From assembly GCA_964016885.1 (NCBI GenBank), contig OZ024742.1, positions 251,596,001 through 251,660,000 on the forward strand: a stretch of 64,000 nucleotides of DNA. The letters run 5' to 3'. The position numbers and the translations under genes were made by a program. Of the stretch, positions 38,969 to 52,525 are shown piece after piece. Position 1 is the first letter of the stretch. Every line of letters begins with the position of its first letter. The DNA is from Eledone cirrhosa (lineage: Eukaryota). Under the pieces are notes generated by a model, which saw nothing but the letters and a program-made list of their open reading frames with translations, ran no database searches and was not told where the DNA came from.

Positions 38969-39195
38969 ATATGTATATATATGTGTGTGTATATATATTT
39001 ATGTATATATATATATGTGTGTGTGTGTATATATTTGTATGTGTATATATATATATATGTATATATGTGTATATATTTTATGTATATATGTGTATGTGTA
39101 TATATGTGTATGTATGTGTATGTGTATATGTCTGTATATATATTTGAGTATATGTGTATATATATTTATGTATATATGTATATATTACTATATAA
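38969..39195. repeat. TA/TG microsatellite
   Basis: Direct sequence. Confidence 0.9.
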
Positions 39196-39204
39196 CTGTA
39201 TCAC

Positions 39205-39680
39205 ATTCCAGCTGGCTGGCTGAGGTCATGCTGGAGTACTGCCATTGATTCTACACTTTCTACAGCCTGCCTTCCCTGGTTGGCCATTGATACAAAAGGG
39301 AGTTTGTTGTTGCTGCTCTTATTTGTGCTTCGCCTTGTGCTGTGGGTTCATCAGTGATCTCGGTCAGCAAAATGTCAATGTCTCTTGTAAACATCCGCAT
39401 GAAAACCATGAAGATCTCTCGGACACTTTGGCAGCTTATTAAAAAGCTGGGGTCCGCTGAACCCCAAGCTATTGCTGTATGTGGTCCTTATTCTTGATGC
39501 GATGGATGGGGCCTTTGGGACTACACAGTGGCATCATATTTGTGGGTTGGTCAGGCCTTCAATGCCGAAGTTTGGTGCTACTCCTTCCAGGATCTTCCAT
39601 ATGTATATCACTACATATCTCTCCTGTCTCCATTCCAGGAAGTAAAGCTTCAGTTTTTTTCAACCTCTCTCAGTAACTCA
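39205..39680 (-). mobile_element. CR1-group LINE 3' fragment
   Basis: Minus strand (with frameshifts) RIRTTYSNSLGFSGPQL.NKLPKCPRDLHG...ITDEPT...RAAATNSLLYQ. Confidence 0.65.
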
Positions 39681-39893
39681 TTTGTGTGTAAGTATATATG
39701 TGTATATATTTATATATATGTGTGTGTGTGTATGTGTATATATGTGTATATGTTTACATATATTTGTGTGTGTCATCATCATCTTTGTTTAACGTCTATC
39801 TTCCACACTAGCATAGGTGTATGTGTATATATTTACATATATTTCTGTGTGTGTATATGTGTATATATTTACATGTGTGTGTGTGTCTGCATG

Positions 39894-39938
<45 letters not shown>

Positions 39939-40115
39939 ATCATCACCGTTTAACGTCCATTTTTCCATGCTTGCATGGGTCAGACGAGTAGTTCGCGTCA
40001 AGGGACAAGTCTGGCCAGGATTGGACATGCCAAACCTTGCTCTGACAGGACTGTAAATTTGGCCAGGTTTTCTACAGCTGGATGCCCTTCCTAACACCAA
40101 CCACATTTATAGTGT
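39939..40115 (-). mobile_element. SINE/RTE 3'-tail fragment
   Basis: catcaccgtttaacgtcc...gcatggg...tctacagctggatgcccttcctaacaccaaccac. Confidence 0.75.
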
Positions 40116-40119
40116 GAGA

Positions 40120-40465
40120 CTGGATGGCACCATTATGAGGGAGGACAGGCCAGTTGACCCTGCTGAACCCATCTCACAGTGAACCATCTTTTGGGACCCA
40201 TGCCCACTATGGAACTGGGTGGCACCACTATGAGGACGGACAGGCCAGTTGGTGGCACCAAACCCTTCACACAGTGAAACCACAGTTTGGGAGCCTGGAA
40301 TTGGATGGCACTGCTATAAGGAGAGACGTGCCTATTGACTGCGCCGAACCCTTTTCACAGAGAAACCTCAGTTTCGGGGCCACAACCATGTTTATATTGT
40401 GGAACTAGTTGGCACTGCTATGCAGATGGAGAGGCCAGTTTGCCACGCCGAACCCTTCTCACAGC
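40120..40465. repeat. Degenerate tandem repeat, about 85-105 bp units, four copies
   Basis: Recurring tggcac(c/t)..tat(g)ag..gga.aggccagtt..gaaccct..tcacag. Confidence 0.6.
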
Positions 40466-40966
40466 AGTATCGCACACACACACACATGTATATCCCCTTG
40501 TTATCAATATAGTAGGGTTAGTCAGTAAGTTCACACACACGCACACACACGTCTTGAGCCTAAATCAGAAACCATCATTAAGGTAGAGAGTGAAGAATTA
40601 GCAGAAGTGTTAGTGTTGGACAACTGCTATATTGAATTTAGTTACGGTCTTTTACATTCTGAGTTCAAATCTTGCCATGGTCAACTTTGTTTTTCCCTTT
40701 TCTAGCGTAATAATATAAAGTATCAGTAAAGCACTATGGTTGATATGAACTTTCCTTTTTCCCCACCAAATTGCTGACTTTTTGTTAATGTTAAAAAGAA
40801 TTATTGAGGTAATGTTGTTTGTTTGTAACCTGGCCAAGTGTACGCTCAAAACTTCCAAGAAACTCATCTTCATTGAATGAAGCTGTTGCATTGAGGTCAT
40901 TAACACAAATCTTGATCTTCTGCACTGTCCAAATATGGGTAATCAGTCTATACATAAAGTATTTAA

Positions 40967-41163
40967 CCTTTTAGTATTTAAACCAGCTATATCCGGCCAA
41001 AATTCTCTCACCTCTTCCTGTTCAAACCGGCTCTAACTGGCCGCTCATACTGATGTTAAGGTATTGTTCTTGAAATAAATAACATCAAAATCTCATAGAT
41101 TCGATATTATGTGAGGTAAAGCCTTTACTATGGAAGTATAATTATAATGTGAATGCTAAAGGA
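40967..41163. mobile_element. piggyBac-like MITE, second copy
   Basis: TTAA|CCTTTTAGTATTT ... AATGCTAAAGGA|TTAA; internal similarity to 16544-16753. Confidence 0.75.
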
Positions 41164-41969
41164 TTAAAGAAAGTCTCTGGGTTTTTTTTTCAAGGCGTGG
41201 TCAGTGTTCTGGTGGTGTGTGTACATTTATTCATAAGTATGTCTTCATGTGGTCAGCTGCCTTTGATATACTTTATCCTGATGAATATATTGAATTAACT
41301 TTATGGAGGTCTGTGGGTGTGTAGGAATATTTTTCAACAAAGGGGTTTGCCTGTTTTTATTACCTGAAGACAGCCAAATCATAGGAATGGCTTCAGAATC
41401 AATTGATTTTCAAGGGAAGTGGACATTTGAACTTATTGACCTGAATAGGTTCAGCTTGCTAGTACTGAACACAAGCCTTTAAGAATTTATTCTACATTAT
41501 CATAATTTTTTATAGTATATCTGCATAAGTGACTTTGTACTTATCTCCATTAGAATGAAAAAAAAAAAATAAATAAAAACTACGAGAAAAGTTTAGTTTC
41601 AGCATGTCTCTAAAGTCAAAGAAAGTTGTGTGGTGTATTTTTATTTATATTTATTTACAATCAACTAAATGGCTAAATATTTAAAAGTTAACACTGTATC
41701 CTATATACAGAGAAAGTTCTAGTTTCAAGTTGCCGTTGAAGTACAGGATGGGCAGTGTTTGTATTTGTGACATGCACTAAAGTTGTAGTTATAATGAATC
41801 TGTGCATTTTGGGCTATCCATTCTAATGGTCCTATTAGAGGTGTGTGTGTGTGTGTGTGTGGAGGTGATCTTTGTTGACCTAGGGATGCGTTAGCAAAGG
41901 GTGCCCACATCATAGTGTGTGTGCCGAATGGATATTAAATACCATGACCTACCCACCTGGATCGTGAGA

Positions 41970-42102
41970 AGACCCCTTGTTTCTAGGCTATGCTTCTATG
42001 TTAGGAACTTCTCCTCTTGTTCCACCATAGACTCTGCTATGAGGGTAAGATCATCCATGTACAGGAGTTTCCATGGGCAGCAGGTCTTAAACTCCTCTGT
42101 GC
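41970..42102 (-). mobile_element. RTE LINE RT fragment
   Basis: Minus strand TEEFKTCCPWKLLYMDDLTLIAES. Confidence 0.7.
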
Positions 42103-42169
42103 ATGGGTTTTGCTTCCACTATGTATGCATGCTTATATCTATGTATGTATGTATGTATGTGTGTTTATA

Positions 42170-42963
42170 TCTCTCTATATATAATTTTTTGTCTCCGTCT
42201 TTTCCTTATGCATTCTCAAATGACTCAATCAAATCAAATTTTACAACATAATAGTATAAGACTCCGGGATTAACATGTAATTTTTATTTTCATTGGGATT
42301 AAAACGTAACATTTTATCTAAAATAATCTATAGACTATAAGTAAACGGACATTTTATAACACGATGACTTTGATGACACATTTTGTATATGAGTGTATGT
42401 GTCTGTGAATGAGTGTGTTTGCGCAATTGTTACATACATTAGGCCTTAGTAACTTACATACACACACACATCTTCATGTAAATATTTAATCAGATACACA
42501 AAGAATTAAACACGCTCATCTCTACATATACATATGTGATGACTGACAAGTATGTGTGTGAGTGTATTTGAGGTTGAATTTAAGATGCTTCAGTTACCAA
42601 TCAAACTAAGTTTTATTTCAATTAACAAATCTCAGGGTCAATCCCTCAAGGTAGTTGGACTTGATCTCTCTACTACATGTTTCTCCCACGGTCAACTCTG
42701 TTGGTTGCTCACAAGTTCGAAGCAACAACAATTTATTCATTTGGTCACCAACAAAAAAAATTACACAATGAATATTGTTTACCCTGAGGTGCTTCAAGAT
42801 TGACAGGTTTTCATTTCTAAATTCTATTATCATTACAATTTTGATATATTTTTTATAAAATATAGATATTTTTAAATAATTGTGAGAAAAATATATCTTC
42901 ATATTTATTGTTTACTAATCTGAATAAGAACATCAGTAACCCAGGCAGTGCTGGGTCATTCAG

Positions 42964-42967
<4 letters not shown>
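42170..42967 (+). mobile_element. Non-autonomous Helitron carrying a Pif1-helicase C-terminal remnant
   Basis: A|TC start; INKSQGQSLKVVGLDL..CFSHGQL..NIVYPEVL; 3' hairpin acccag-gcagtg-ctgggt followed by CTAG|T (5' boundary less certain). Confidence 0.8.
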
Positions 42968-42997
<30 letters not shown>

Positions 42998-43074
42998 ATC
43001 CTCCTCATCATCATCATCATCAGTTAACATCTATCTTCCACGCTAGCATGGGTTTAGCGGGTATATATATATAT

Positions 43075-43455
43075 ACTATGTACAAAGCGAAACCTAGTCA
43101 GTAGGCACCTCTTAACTAAATATACATCCCCATCCCACTACCCCTACTCCCACTCCCACCAACACAACCCTTTCTCTGTAAAGTCATGTTGGTACCACAA
43201 CATCCAGTCCTAAATAAATGAGGTTGTGTAGGTGTCACGACAAAAAAACACAGTCCACGGTGTAATGTGGCCATGTAGATAACACGGTAAAAACCTCCTG
43301 TAAACGTGGTTGGTGTTAGGAAGGGCATCCAGCCGTAGAAAACCTGTCAGACAGTCCTATACGAGCGAGACGACCAATCTTGCCTGAAGTGGGACAATTT
43401 CCGTCTATTCCCATGCTAACGTGGAAGATAGATGTTAAACAATGATGATGATGAT
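43075..43455 (+). mobile_element. RTE LINE 3' UTR-only insertion
   Basis: Reverse complement of 29812-30200 and 58499-58890; (TGA)n tail. Confidence 0.85.
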
Positions 43456-43810
43456 ATATATGGACTAATGTCCGAAACGTAAAGCATTCTATCCAACATC
43501 TTAACGAATACCATAAAGTATTCTATCCAACATCTTAACGGATCTGTCAATTTGCCACTGATATTATTTCTATACAAAATAATTATGGCTGACAGACATT
43601 AATTATTGTTTTCATAAATATCTCTGATTTATATGAAATATTTGATTAATTAGACATTGCACTAAGTGTTAATGAACCCCATGTCAATATTTTAGAGTGA
43701 CTAATTATTTATACACAAATCAAATAGTGTTGTCTGTTCAGAGCTATGAATGCTATTACTAGTTATTATCAGTTTGAAGAACTTTATCAACTATCACCAG
43801 TTATTACCAT

Positions 43811-46800
43811 AACTGTGACCACTACCACCACCACCACCCAACTGTGACCACTACCACCACCACCACCCAACTGTGACCACTACCACCACCACCACCCAAC
43901 TGTGACCACTACCACCACCACCACCCAACTGTGACCACTACCACCACCACCCAACTGTGACCACTACCACCACCACCCAACTGTGACCACTACCACCACC
44001 ACTCAACTGTGACCACTACCACCACCACCACCCAACTGTGACCACTACCACCACCACCCAACTGTGACCACGACCACCACCACCCAACTGTGACCACGAC
44101 CACCACCACTCAACTGTGACCACGACCACCACCACTCAACTGTGACCACGACCACCACCACTCAACTGTGACCACGACCACCACCACTCAACTGTGACCA
44201 CGACCACCACCACTCAACTGTGACCACGACCACCACCACTCTCTACCGTGACCACTACCACCACCACTCTCTACTGTGACCACTACCACCACCACCACTC
44301 AACTGTGACCACTACCACCACCACCACTCAACTGTGACCACTACCACCACCACTCTCAACTGTGACCACTACCACCACCACTCTCAACTGTGACCACTAC
44401 CACCACCACTCTCAACTGTGACCACTACCACCACTACTCTCAACTGTGACCACTACCACCACTACTCTCAACTGTGACCACTACCACCACTACTCTCAAC
44501 TGTGACCACTACCACCACTACTCTCAACTGTGACCACTACCACCACTACTCTCAACTGTGACCACTACCACCACTACTCTCAACTGTGACCACTACCACC
44601 ACTACTCTCAACTGTGACCACTACCACCACTACTCTCAACTGTGACCACTACCACCACTACTCTCAACTGTGACCACTACCACCACTACTCTCAACTGTG
44701 ACCACTACCACCACTACTCTCTACTGTGACCACTACCACCACTACTCTCTACTGTGACCACTACCACCACTACTCTCTACTGTGACCACTACCACCACTA
44801 CTCTCTACTGTGACCACTACCACCACTACTCTCTACTGTGACCACTACCACCACCTCTCAACTGTGACCACTACCACCACCTCTCAACTGTGACCACTAC
44901 CACCACTACTCTCTACTGTGACCACTACCACCACTACTCTCTACTGTGACCACGACCACTCTCTACTGTGACCACTACCACCACCACTCTACTGTGACCA
45001 CTACCACCACCACTCTCTACTGTGACCACTACCACCACCACTCTCTATGACCACTACCACCACCACTCTCAACTGTGACCACTACCACCACCACTCAACT
45101 GTGACCACTACCACCACCACTCAACTGTGACCACGACCACCACCACTCTCTACTGTGACCACGACCACCACCACTCTCTACTGTGACCACGACCACCACC
45201 ACTCTCTACTGTGACCACGACCACCACCACTCTCTACTGTGACCACGACCACCACCACTCTCTACTGTGACCACTACCACCACCACTCAACTGTGACCAC
45301 TACCACCACCACCACCCAACTGTGACCACTACCACCACCACCCAACTGTGACCACTACCACCACCACCCAACTGTGACCACGACCACCACCACTCAACTG
45401 TGACCACGACCACCACCACTCAACTGTGACCACGACCACCACCACTCAACTGTGACCACGACCACCACCACTCAACTGTGACCACTACCACCACCACTCA
45501 ACTGTGACCACTACCACCACCACTCAACTGTGACCACTACCACCACCACTCAACTGTGACCACTACCACCACCACTCAACTGTGACCACTACCACCACCA
45601 CTCAACTGTGACCACTACCACCACCACCACCCAACTGTGACCACTACCACCACCACCACCCAACTGTGACCACTACCACCACCACCACCCAACTGTGACC
45701 ACTACCACCACCACCCAACTGTGACCACTACCACCACCACCCAGCTGTGACCACTACCACCACCACTCAACTGTGACCACTACCACCACCACCACTCAAC
45801 TGTGACCACTACCACCACCACCACTCAACTGTGACCACTACCACCACCACCACTCAACTGTGACCACTACCACCACCACTCAACTGTGACCACTACCACC
45901 ACTACTCTCAACTGTGACCACTACCACCACTACTCTCAACTGTGACCACTACCACCACTACTCTCAACTGTGACCACTACCACCACTACTCTCAACTGTG
46001 ACCACTACCACCACTACTCTCTACTGTGACCACTACCACCACTACTCTCTACTGTGACCACTACCACCACCACTCAACTGTGACCACTACCACCACCACT
46101 CAACTGTGACCACTACCACCACCACTCTCTACTGTGACCACGACCACCACCACTCTCTACTGTGACCACGACCACCACCACTCTCTACTGTGACCACGAT
46201 CACCACCACTCTCTACTGTGACCACGATCACCACCACTCTCTACTGTGACCACGATCACCACCACTCTCTACTGTGACCACGACCACCACCACTCTCTAC
46301 TGTGACCACGACCACCACCACTCTCTACTGTGACCACGACCACCACCACTCTCTACTGTGACCACGACCACCACCACTCTCTACTGTGACCACGACCACC
46401 ACCACTCTCTACTGTGACCACGACCACCACCACTCTCTACTGTGACCACGACCACCACCACTCTCTACTGTGACCACGACCACCACCACTCTCTACTGTG
46501 ACCACGACCACCACCACTCTCAACTGTGACCACTACCACCACCACTCTCAACTGTGACCACTACCACCACCACTCTCAACTGTGACCACTACCACCACCA
46601 CTCTCAACTGTGACCACTACCACCACCACTCAACTGTGACCACTACCACCACCACTCTACTGTGACCACGACCACCACCACTCTCTACTGTGACCACGAC
46701 CACCACCACTCTCTACTGTGACCACGACCACCACCACTCTCTACTGTGACCACGACCACCACCACTCAACTGTGACCACGACCACCACCACTCAACTGTG

Positions 46801-46914
46801 ACCACGACCACCACCACTCTCTACTGTGACCACTACCACCACCACTCTCTACTGTGACCACTACCACCACCTCTCAACTGTGACCACTACCACCACCTCT
46901 CAACTGTGACCACT
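43811..46914. repeat. 3.1-kb minisatellite, 26-29 bp unit ACTGTGACCAC(T/G)ACCACCAC(C/T)AC(TC)TC(A/T)
   Basis: Direct sequence; more than 100 units in variant blocks. Confidence 0.95.
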
Positions 46915-48265
46915 GCAAGTTGTTGTTGAAATGCTTGAAAAAGTAGTAGCTGGTTGAAAGTTCCACTGAGTATCCTGGTTGTGGAAAAGATTTGTAGCCC
47001 AATTCATTCAACTTCTGGAGCATTGGTTGTGTGATGTGTGGTAGGCATTGTTGTGCAAGAGGATTGGACCTTTTCTAATGAACAATGCAAGACCACCAAA
47101 CTGTTACTATTACCTTGTTTTGGTGCAATTTCAGCTTCAGGAAGTGTTTAGGAGCTTCATTTGTGCAGCACTGGCCAAATTTAAGCTCAGAAATAGATTT
47201 GTTGAAAATCCTGTTTTGATATCTTAACTTCAAAGATCTGAAAGCTTAGAAAAATGCAATTTATGTTAAAACTGGATTACATAGAAAGAAAATGCATAAA
47301 ATAAGCTCAAAAATTATACATAATTTACACACATTGTATGAGTTTTTATTCTTAAAAAATATTGAAACATAAAAAAAACACAAGACCTGCATTAATTTCT
47401 GAACAACCTAATATTATTAGAACAGAAAGTAAAAACTTGAAGTATTTAATAAGGGAAATTATCATTTTACGTATGCTTTCCATGCTGTCGTTGGTTGGAG
47501 AAGTTGTTACAGACTGCCACTTTCTATTTGGAATTAGTGCCCTACTAGACATTTCTGTGCATGGTTTCTATAGTTGAATACCCTTTCAATGCCAACCACT
47601 CTTTAAAATGTACTGGGTGCATTTTATCAAGGCACTACTAGCACTAGAGGCTGTTCTGCTCCTGACAAGATTATAAAGTCCCTATGTTGTTTCAATTTGA
47701 CTAAAATCTACTTTACAGAATGTATAGGATGCATTTTAATGCCAACACTAAAAGGTTGCTTTGTTCCTACATAGCAGCAGTCCTCTCCATTCTAGGAGCC
47801 CACAGGGGGAATTTGTAGGAGAGTGAATGGATAACTTTAATATGAGGAAAGAATATGAATATGAGTGTTAAGGGGAGGAAAGGTGAGTGAGAGGGACAAT
47901 GGTAGTAGCTATACATTGTTTGTTGGTAGGAGGGAGGTGGGAGATTGAGCAATAAGGGTGTGTCATGGTAGGAGAGAAAGCTGGTGCTGGTTAACAACTT
48001 AGTAGTGTGAGGGTGAGAGTAATGAATGACAGCTAAGAGCCTCATGAGCTAGACAATGAGTACAACTGGGAGTGTGAAGCAGGGGAAAAGTGATAGGATG
48101 GAAGAGGAGGCAGGTATTATGGTAGTTAAGCTATAATTAGGGGAGAAAAAGTTCTATGGTTCACCACATACTTGTTCCTCCAAACACTACATAACAAGCC
48201 ACAAGATCTAGGAAATACCGTTGATATAACATTTGTGTACAACCCCTCACCTGTAATACTATTCC

Positions 48266-50141
48266 TCATCACCTCCCACCAGTACCCTCAACACACATCA
48301 CCTCCCACCAGTACCCTCAACACACATCACCTCCCACCAGTACCCTCAACACACATCACCTCCCACCAGTACCCTCAACACACATCACCTCCCACCAGTA
48401 CCCTCAACACACATCACCTTCCACCAGTACCCTCAACACACATCACCTCCCACCAGTACCCTCAACACACATCACCTCCCACCAGTACCCTCAACACACA
48501 TCACCTCCCACCAGTACCCTCAACACACATCACCTCCCACCAGTACCCTCAACACGCATCACCTCCCACCAGTACCCTCAACACGCATCACCTCCCACCA
48601 GTACCCTCAACACGCACCACCTCCCACCAGTACCCTCAACACGCACCACCTCCCACCAGTGCCCTCAACACGCACCACCTCCCACCAGTGCCCTCAACAC
48701 GCACCACCTCCCACCAGTGCCCTCAACACGCACCACCTCCCACCAGTGCCCTCAATACGCACCACCTCCCACCAGTGCCCTCAACACGCACCACCTCCCA
48801 CCAGTGCCCTCAACACGCACCACCTCCCACCAGTGCCCTCAACACGCACCACCTCCCACCAGTGCCCTCAACACGCACCACCTCCCACCAGTGCCCTTAA
48901 CACGCACCACCTCCCACCAGTGCCCTTAACACGCACCACCTCCCACCAGTGCCCTCAACACGCACCACCTCCCACCAGTGCCCTCAACACGCACCACCTC
49001 CCACCAGTGCCCTCAACACGCACCACCTCCCACCAGTGCCCTTAACACGCACCACCTCCCACCAGTGCCCTTAACACGCACCACCTCCCACCAGTGCCCT
49101 CAACACGCACCACCTCCCACCAGTGCCCTCAACACGCACCACCTCCCACCAGTGCCCTCAACACGCACCACCTCCCACCAGTGCCCTCAACACGCACCAC
49201 CTCCCACCAGTGCCCTCAACACGCACCACCTCCCACCAGTGCCCTCAACACGCACCACCTCCCACCAGTGCCCTCAACACGCACCACCTCCCACCAGTGC
49301 CCTCAACACGCACCACCTCCCACCAGTGCCCTCAACACGCACCACCTCCCACCAGTGCCCTCAACACGCACCACCTCCCACCAGTGCCCTCAACACGCAC
49401 CACCTCCCACCAGTGCCCTCAGCACATGCCGTCACTTCCCACCAGTGCCCTCAGCACATGCCGTCACTTCCCACCAGTGCCCTCAGCACATGCCGTCACC
49501 TCCCACCAGTGCCCTCAGCACATGCCGTCACTTCCCACCAGTGCCCTCAGCACATGCCGTCACTTCCCACCAGTGCCCTCAGCACATGCCGTCACTTCCC
49601 ACCAGTGCCCTCAGCACATGCCGTCACTTCCCACCAGTGCCCTCAGCACATGCCGTCACTTCCCACCAGTGCCCTCAGCACATGCCGTCACTTCCCACCA
49701 GTGCCCTCAACACATGCCGTCACTTCCCACCAGTGCCCTCAACACATGCCGTCACTTCCCACCAGTGCCCTCAACACATGCCGTCACTTCCCACCAGTGC
49801 CCTCAGTACATGCCGTCACTTCCCACCAGTGCCCTCAACACATGCCGTCACTTCCCACCAGTGCCCTCAGCCCATGCCGTCACTTCCCACCAGTGCCCTC
49901 AGTACATGCCGTCACTTCCCACCAGTGCCCTCAGTACATAACACCACTTCCCACCAGTGCCCTCAGCCCATGCCGTCACTTCCCACCAGTGCCCTCAGCC
50001 CATGCCGTCACTTCCCACCAGTGCCCTCAGTACATGCCGTCACTTCCCACCAGTGCCCTCAGTACATGCCGTCACTTCCCACCAGTGCCCTCAGTACATA
50101 ACACCACTTCCCACCAGTGCCCTCAGTACATAACACCACTT
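48266..50141. repeat. 1.9-kb minisatellite, 29-bp unit changing to a 31-bp unit
   Basis: cacctcccaccagtaccctcaacacacat, then ...gtgccctcaacacgcac, then cacttcccaccagtgccctcagcacatgccgt. Confidence 0.95.
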
Positions 50142-52219
50142 TTCAACAATAGCCCAAATCCACAATTACTGTCGATACTGATAAATAAAGGACATAATAA
50201 ATTGGTTCTGAACTTTAGTGACAAATACAATTTAAGACATAAAGTCCACTACTGTTTTTGTAGTAAACCTTATTTCAACCAAAAGAGGAAGTGCAGAACA
50301 AATACTATTTTTTATTTTTACTCGCAGAATGATAAACTATATTTTTCAACTGGCTGATAAATTAATTTAGCTGTGACAGGCCTGGTTAACTTTCAAATTA
50401 ATAAAATATTTATTTAATAAGCGTTAGAGGCTGTTGTGTGGCTGTATATCAATTCATATGGAATACATCTGTACCACATGAAACCACATGAGCAAAACAG
50501 CATTATGGTTACATCACATTAAAAATTAAAAGTCGTTACTCTGCTCTATTACAAATTTTTGCAATGATCTGTACACTTGTAAAGACAGTATAAACATTTG
50601 AATTTACCTGTTATTAGATATTTTTTGCTGAATCATTACAAGGTGTTAAGAATTAAAATATTAAGGTATATAAATAAAATAACAGATGAACTATTTAGTG
50701 CTTGGTCAGCAATTTTGGCAAAATGTACATTATGGTCACCTGGAGACGTACTGCATTAATGCTAGCTATGCTATATTTCAAAAGGATTGTCTAATTTCAT
50801 TGCCTTAAATCAATTTTGGTTAATTTGTTGGTAGGTGGTGTAAAGGGAAACTTGCGACGTGGTGTGTAAACAGCAGGACGATCTTCTGAGGAAGAACTCC
50901 CATCAAGCAAGTGTTTCAACCTTTGATTCCTCTTGATACTTTTAAGGAAGCTGGGCTCTCCCAGGTCATGACTCACAAGTGTTTTTTCTCCTCCAGCGGG
51001 ATATGAACCTTGGACCTTCCAGTGATCTTGTTGCCCATCTCTGTGGTTTACACCACTTGACCACAAAGGCCATCCATAGAACTAACACATTTTACATTTT
51101 ACATCTATTTAAATAGCAATCAATGTTAGCAGCCTGATATACTATTTTAGCTCCAGTTGTCATTCCTCTGTGACCATATGCATGTTTCTGTTCTTTTCTA
51201 CCCTTTCATTTGAAGCTGACCTAGTAGATGGCACATAGAAGCTGTGACAAATCCTCATGCACCAACTTCCACTGGCTTTATTGTAAAATATTTGATATAT
51301 AAACCAAACTTCCTATTTGTTACACTTCAATTATAATCCTCAATAGATATTGGACTTTTTAATTGTATTGGATCTTAATGAGAGATTGTTTCAATCCAAT
51401 TTCTCTAAATAAGAACTTCGAACATACCAGATGTTACCAATTAAAAATAAAGGGAAAAATGAACATTTTATTTAAAATAAAATATTAATTTGAATGTTCT
51501 TTTATACTGTACTATAGTATAGTTTTCAGACTTTGTAGTAATAATGCATTATCAAATTAGCCAATGTATCTGCCTGACCATTTGCCATATGGATATATTC
51601 ACTTATCTATGTACCTCTTTGCCTGTCTATCTGTCTGTCAGATAGGCATATTAATTGATCTGTGTATCTGCCTGTCTGTCAAATATATCGGCTGATCTAT
51701 GTGTCTATCTATCTATCTATCTATCAAGGTTACCTGGCCTGTTCTATGGAGTTGTATCTCATAAGAGGTTTCTCGGGTGTTTTAATGATAGGGGATGGCC
51801 AGTCGTATCATGAAAAGCAATGAGAAATGAAGCATCTTACTCAAAAACATTGTGCTGCCTAATCTAGGAATCAAACCCCATGACCTTATGATCAAAACCC
51901 TAGGCCACTGACTGAGTTTACATAACAAAGGCATATTTATATCACCATGTTTACAACACCAATACCTGTGTGCTGTGTTTACGTCACCAATACATTTGCT
52001 TACATCACTAATACCTCAGTGATGAGAAAGTAATACGGGTGTAATTGTTGTATTGATATGTCTAGCTGATAGTTTAGAATTGATTCATCAATATTCAATA
52101 GCATTTATAAAAGGTGGTGCTATTATAGTTTTACCTGCACATTTCAATAACAGGTGGTATACAGTCTTACCTGGTCACTTCAATAACAGGTGATTATTAT
52201 GGTGTTACCTGGGCACTTT

Positions 52220-52525
52220 GTGAAAGCATGTGGTTTAGTGGTCAGGGTAGTAAGATCATGAGTTCGATTCCCAGCAGCTCATTGTATCCTTAAGCAAAAT
52301 ACTTTATTTCATGTTGCACCAGTCCAATCAGCTGGCAAAAATGAGTTGTATCTATAATTTGAAGGGCCAGCCTTGTCACATTCTGTGTCATGCTGAATCT
52401 CCCTGAGATCTATGTTAAGGGTATGTGTCTCTGTGGAATGCTCAGCCACTTACATGTTAATTTCTTGAGCAGGCTGTTCCATTGACCATATCAACTGGAA
52501 CCCTTGTCATCATAACCTACAGTGC
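52220..52525 (+). mobile_element. tRNA-derived SINE
   Basis: tggtttagtgg A box; gagttcgattcc B box; SINE body. Confidence 0.7.

Noticed and set aside
41277-41400. CTGATGA and CTGAAGA motifs resembling hammerhead cores
   Set aside because: No correctly placed GAAA and stem III.
43811-50141. CRISPR-like appearance of 26-31 bp repeats
   Set aside because: Units are contiguous with no unique spacers, there are no cas genes, and the context is eukaryotic.
48172-50357. Pro/His/Thr-rich mucin-like ORFs
   Set aside because: Unit lengths of 29 and 31 are not multiples of three, all frames are similarly open, and there is no splice or signal evidence.
50797-51066. 89-aa minus-strand ORF in unique sequence
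   Set aside because: No recognisable domain, non-ATG start and weak splice signals; needs a database search.
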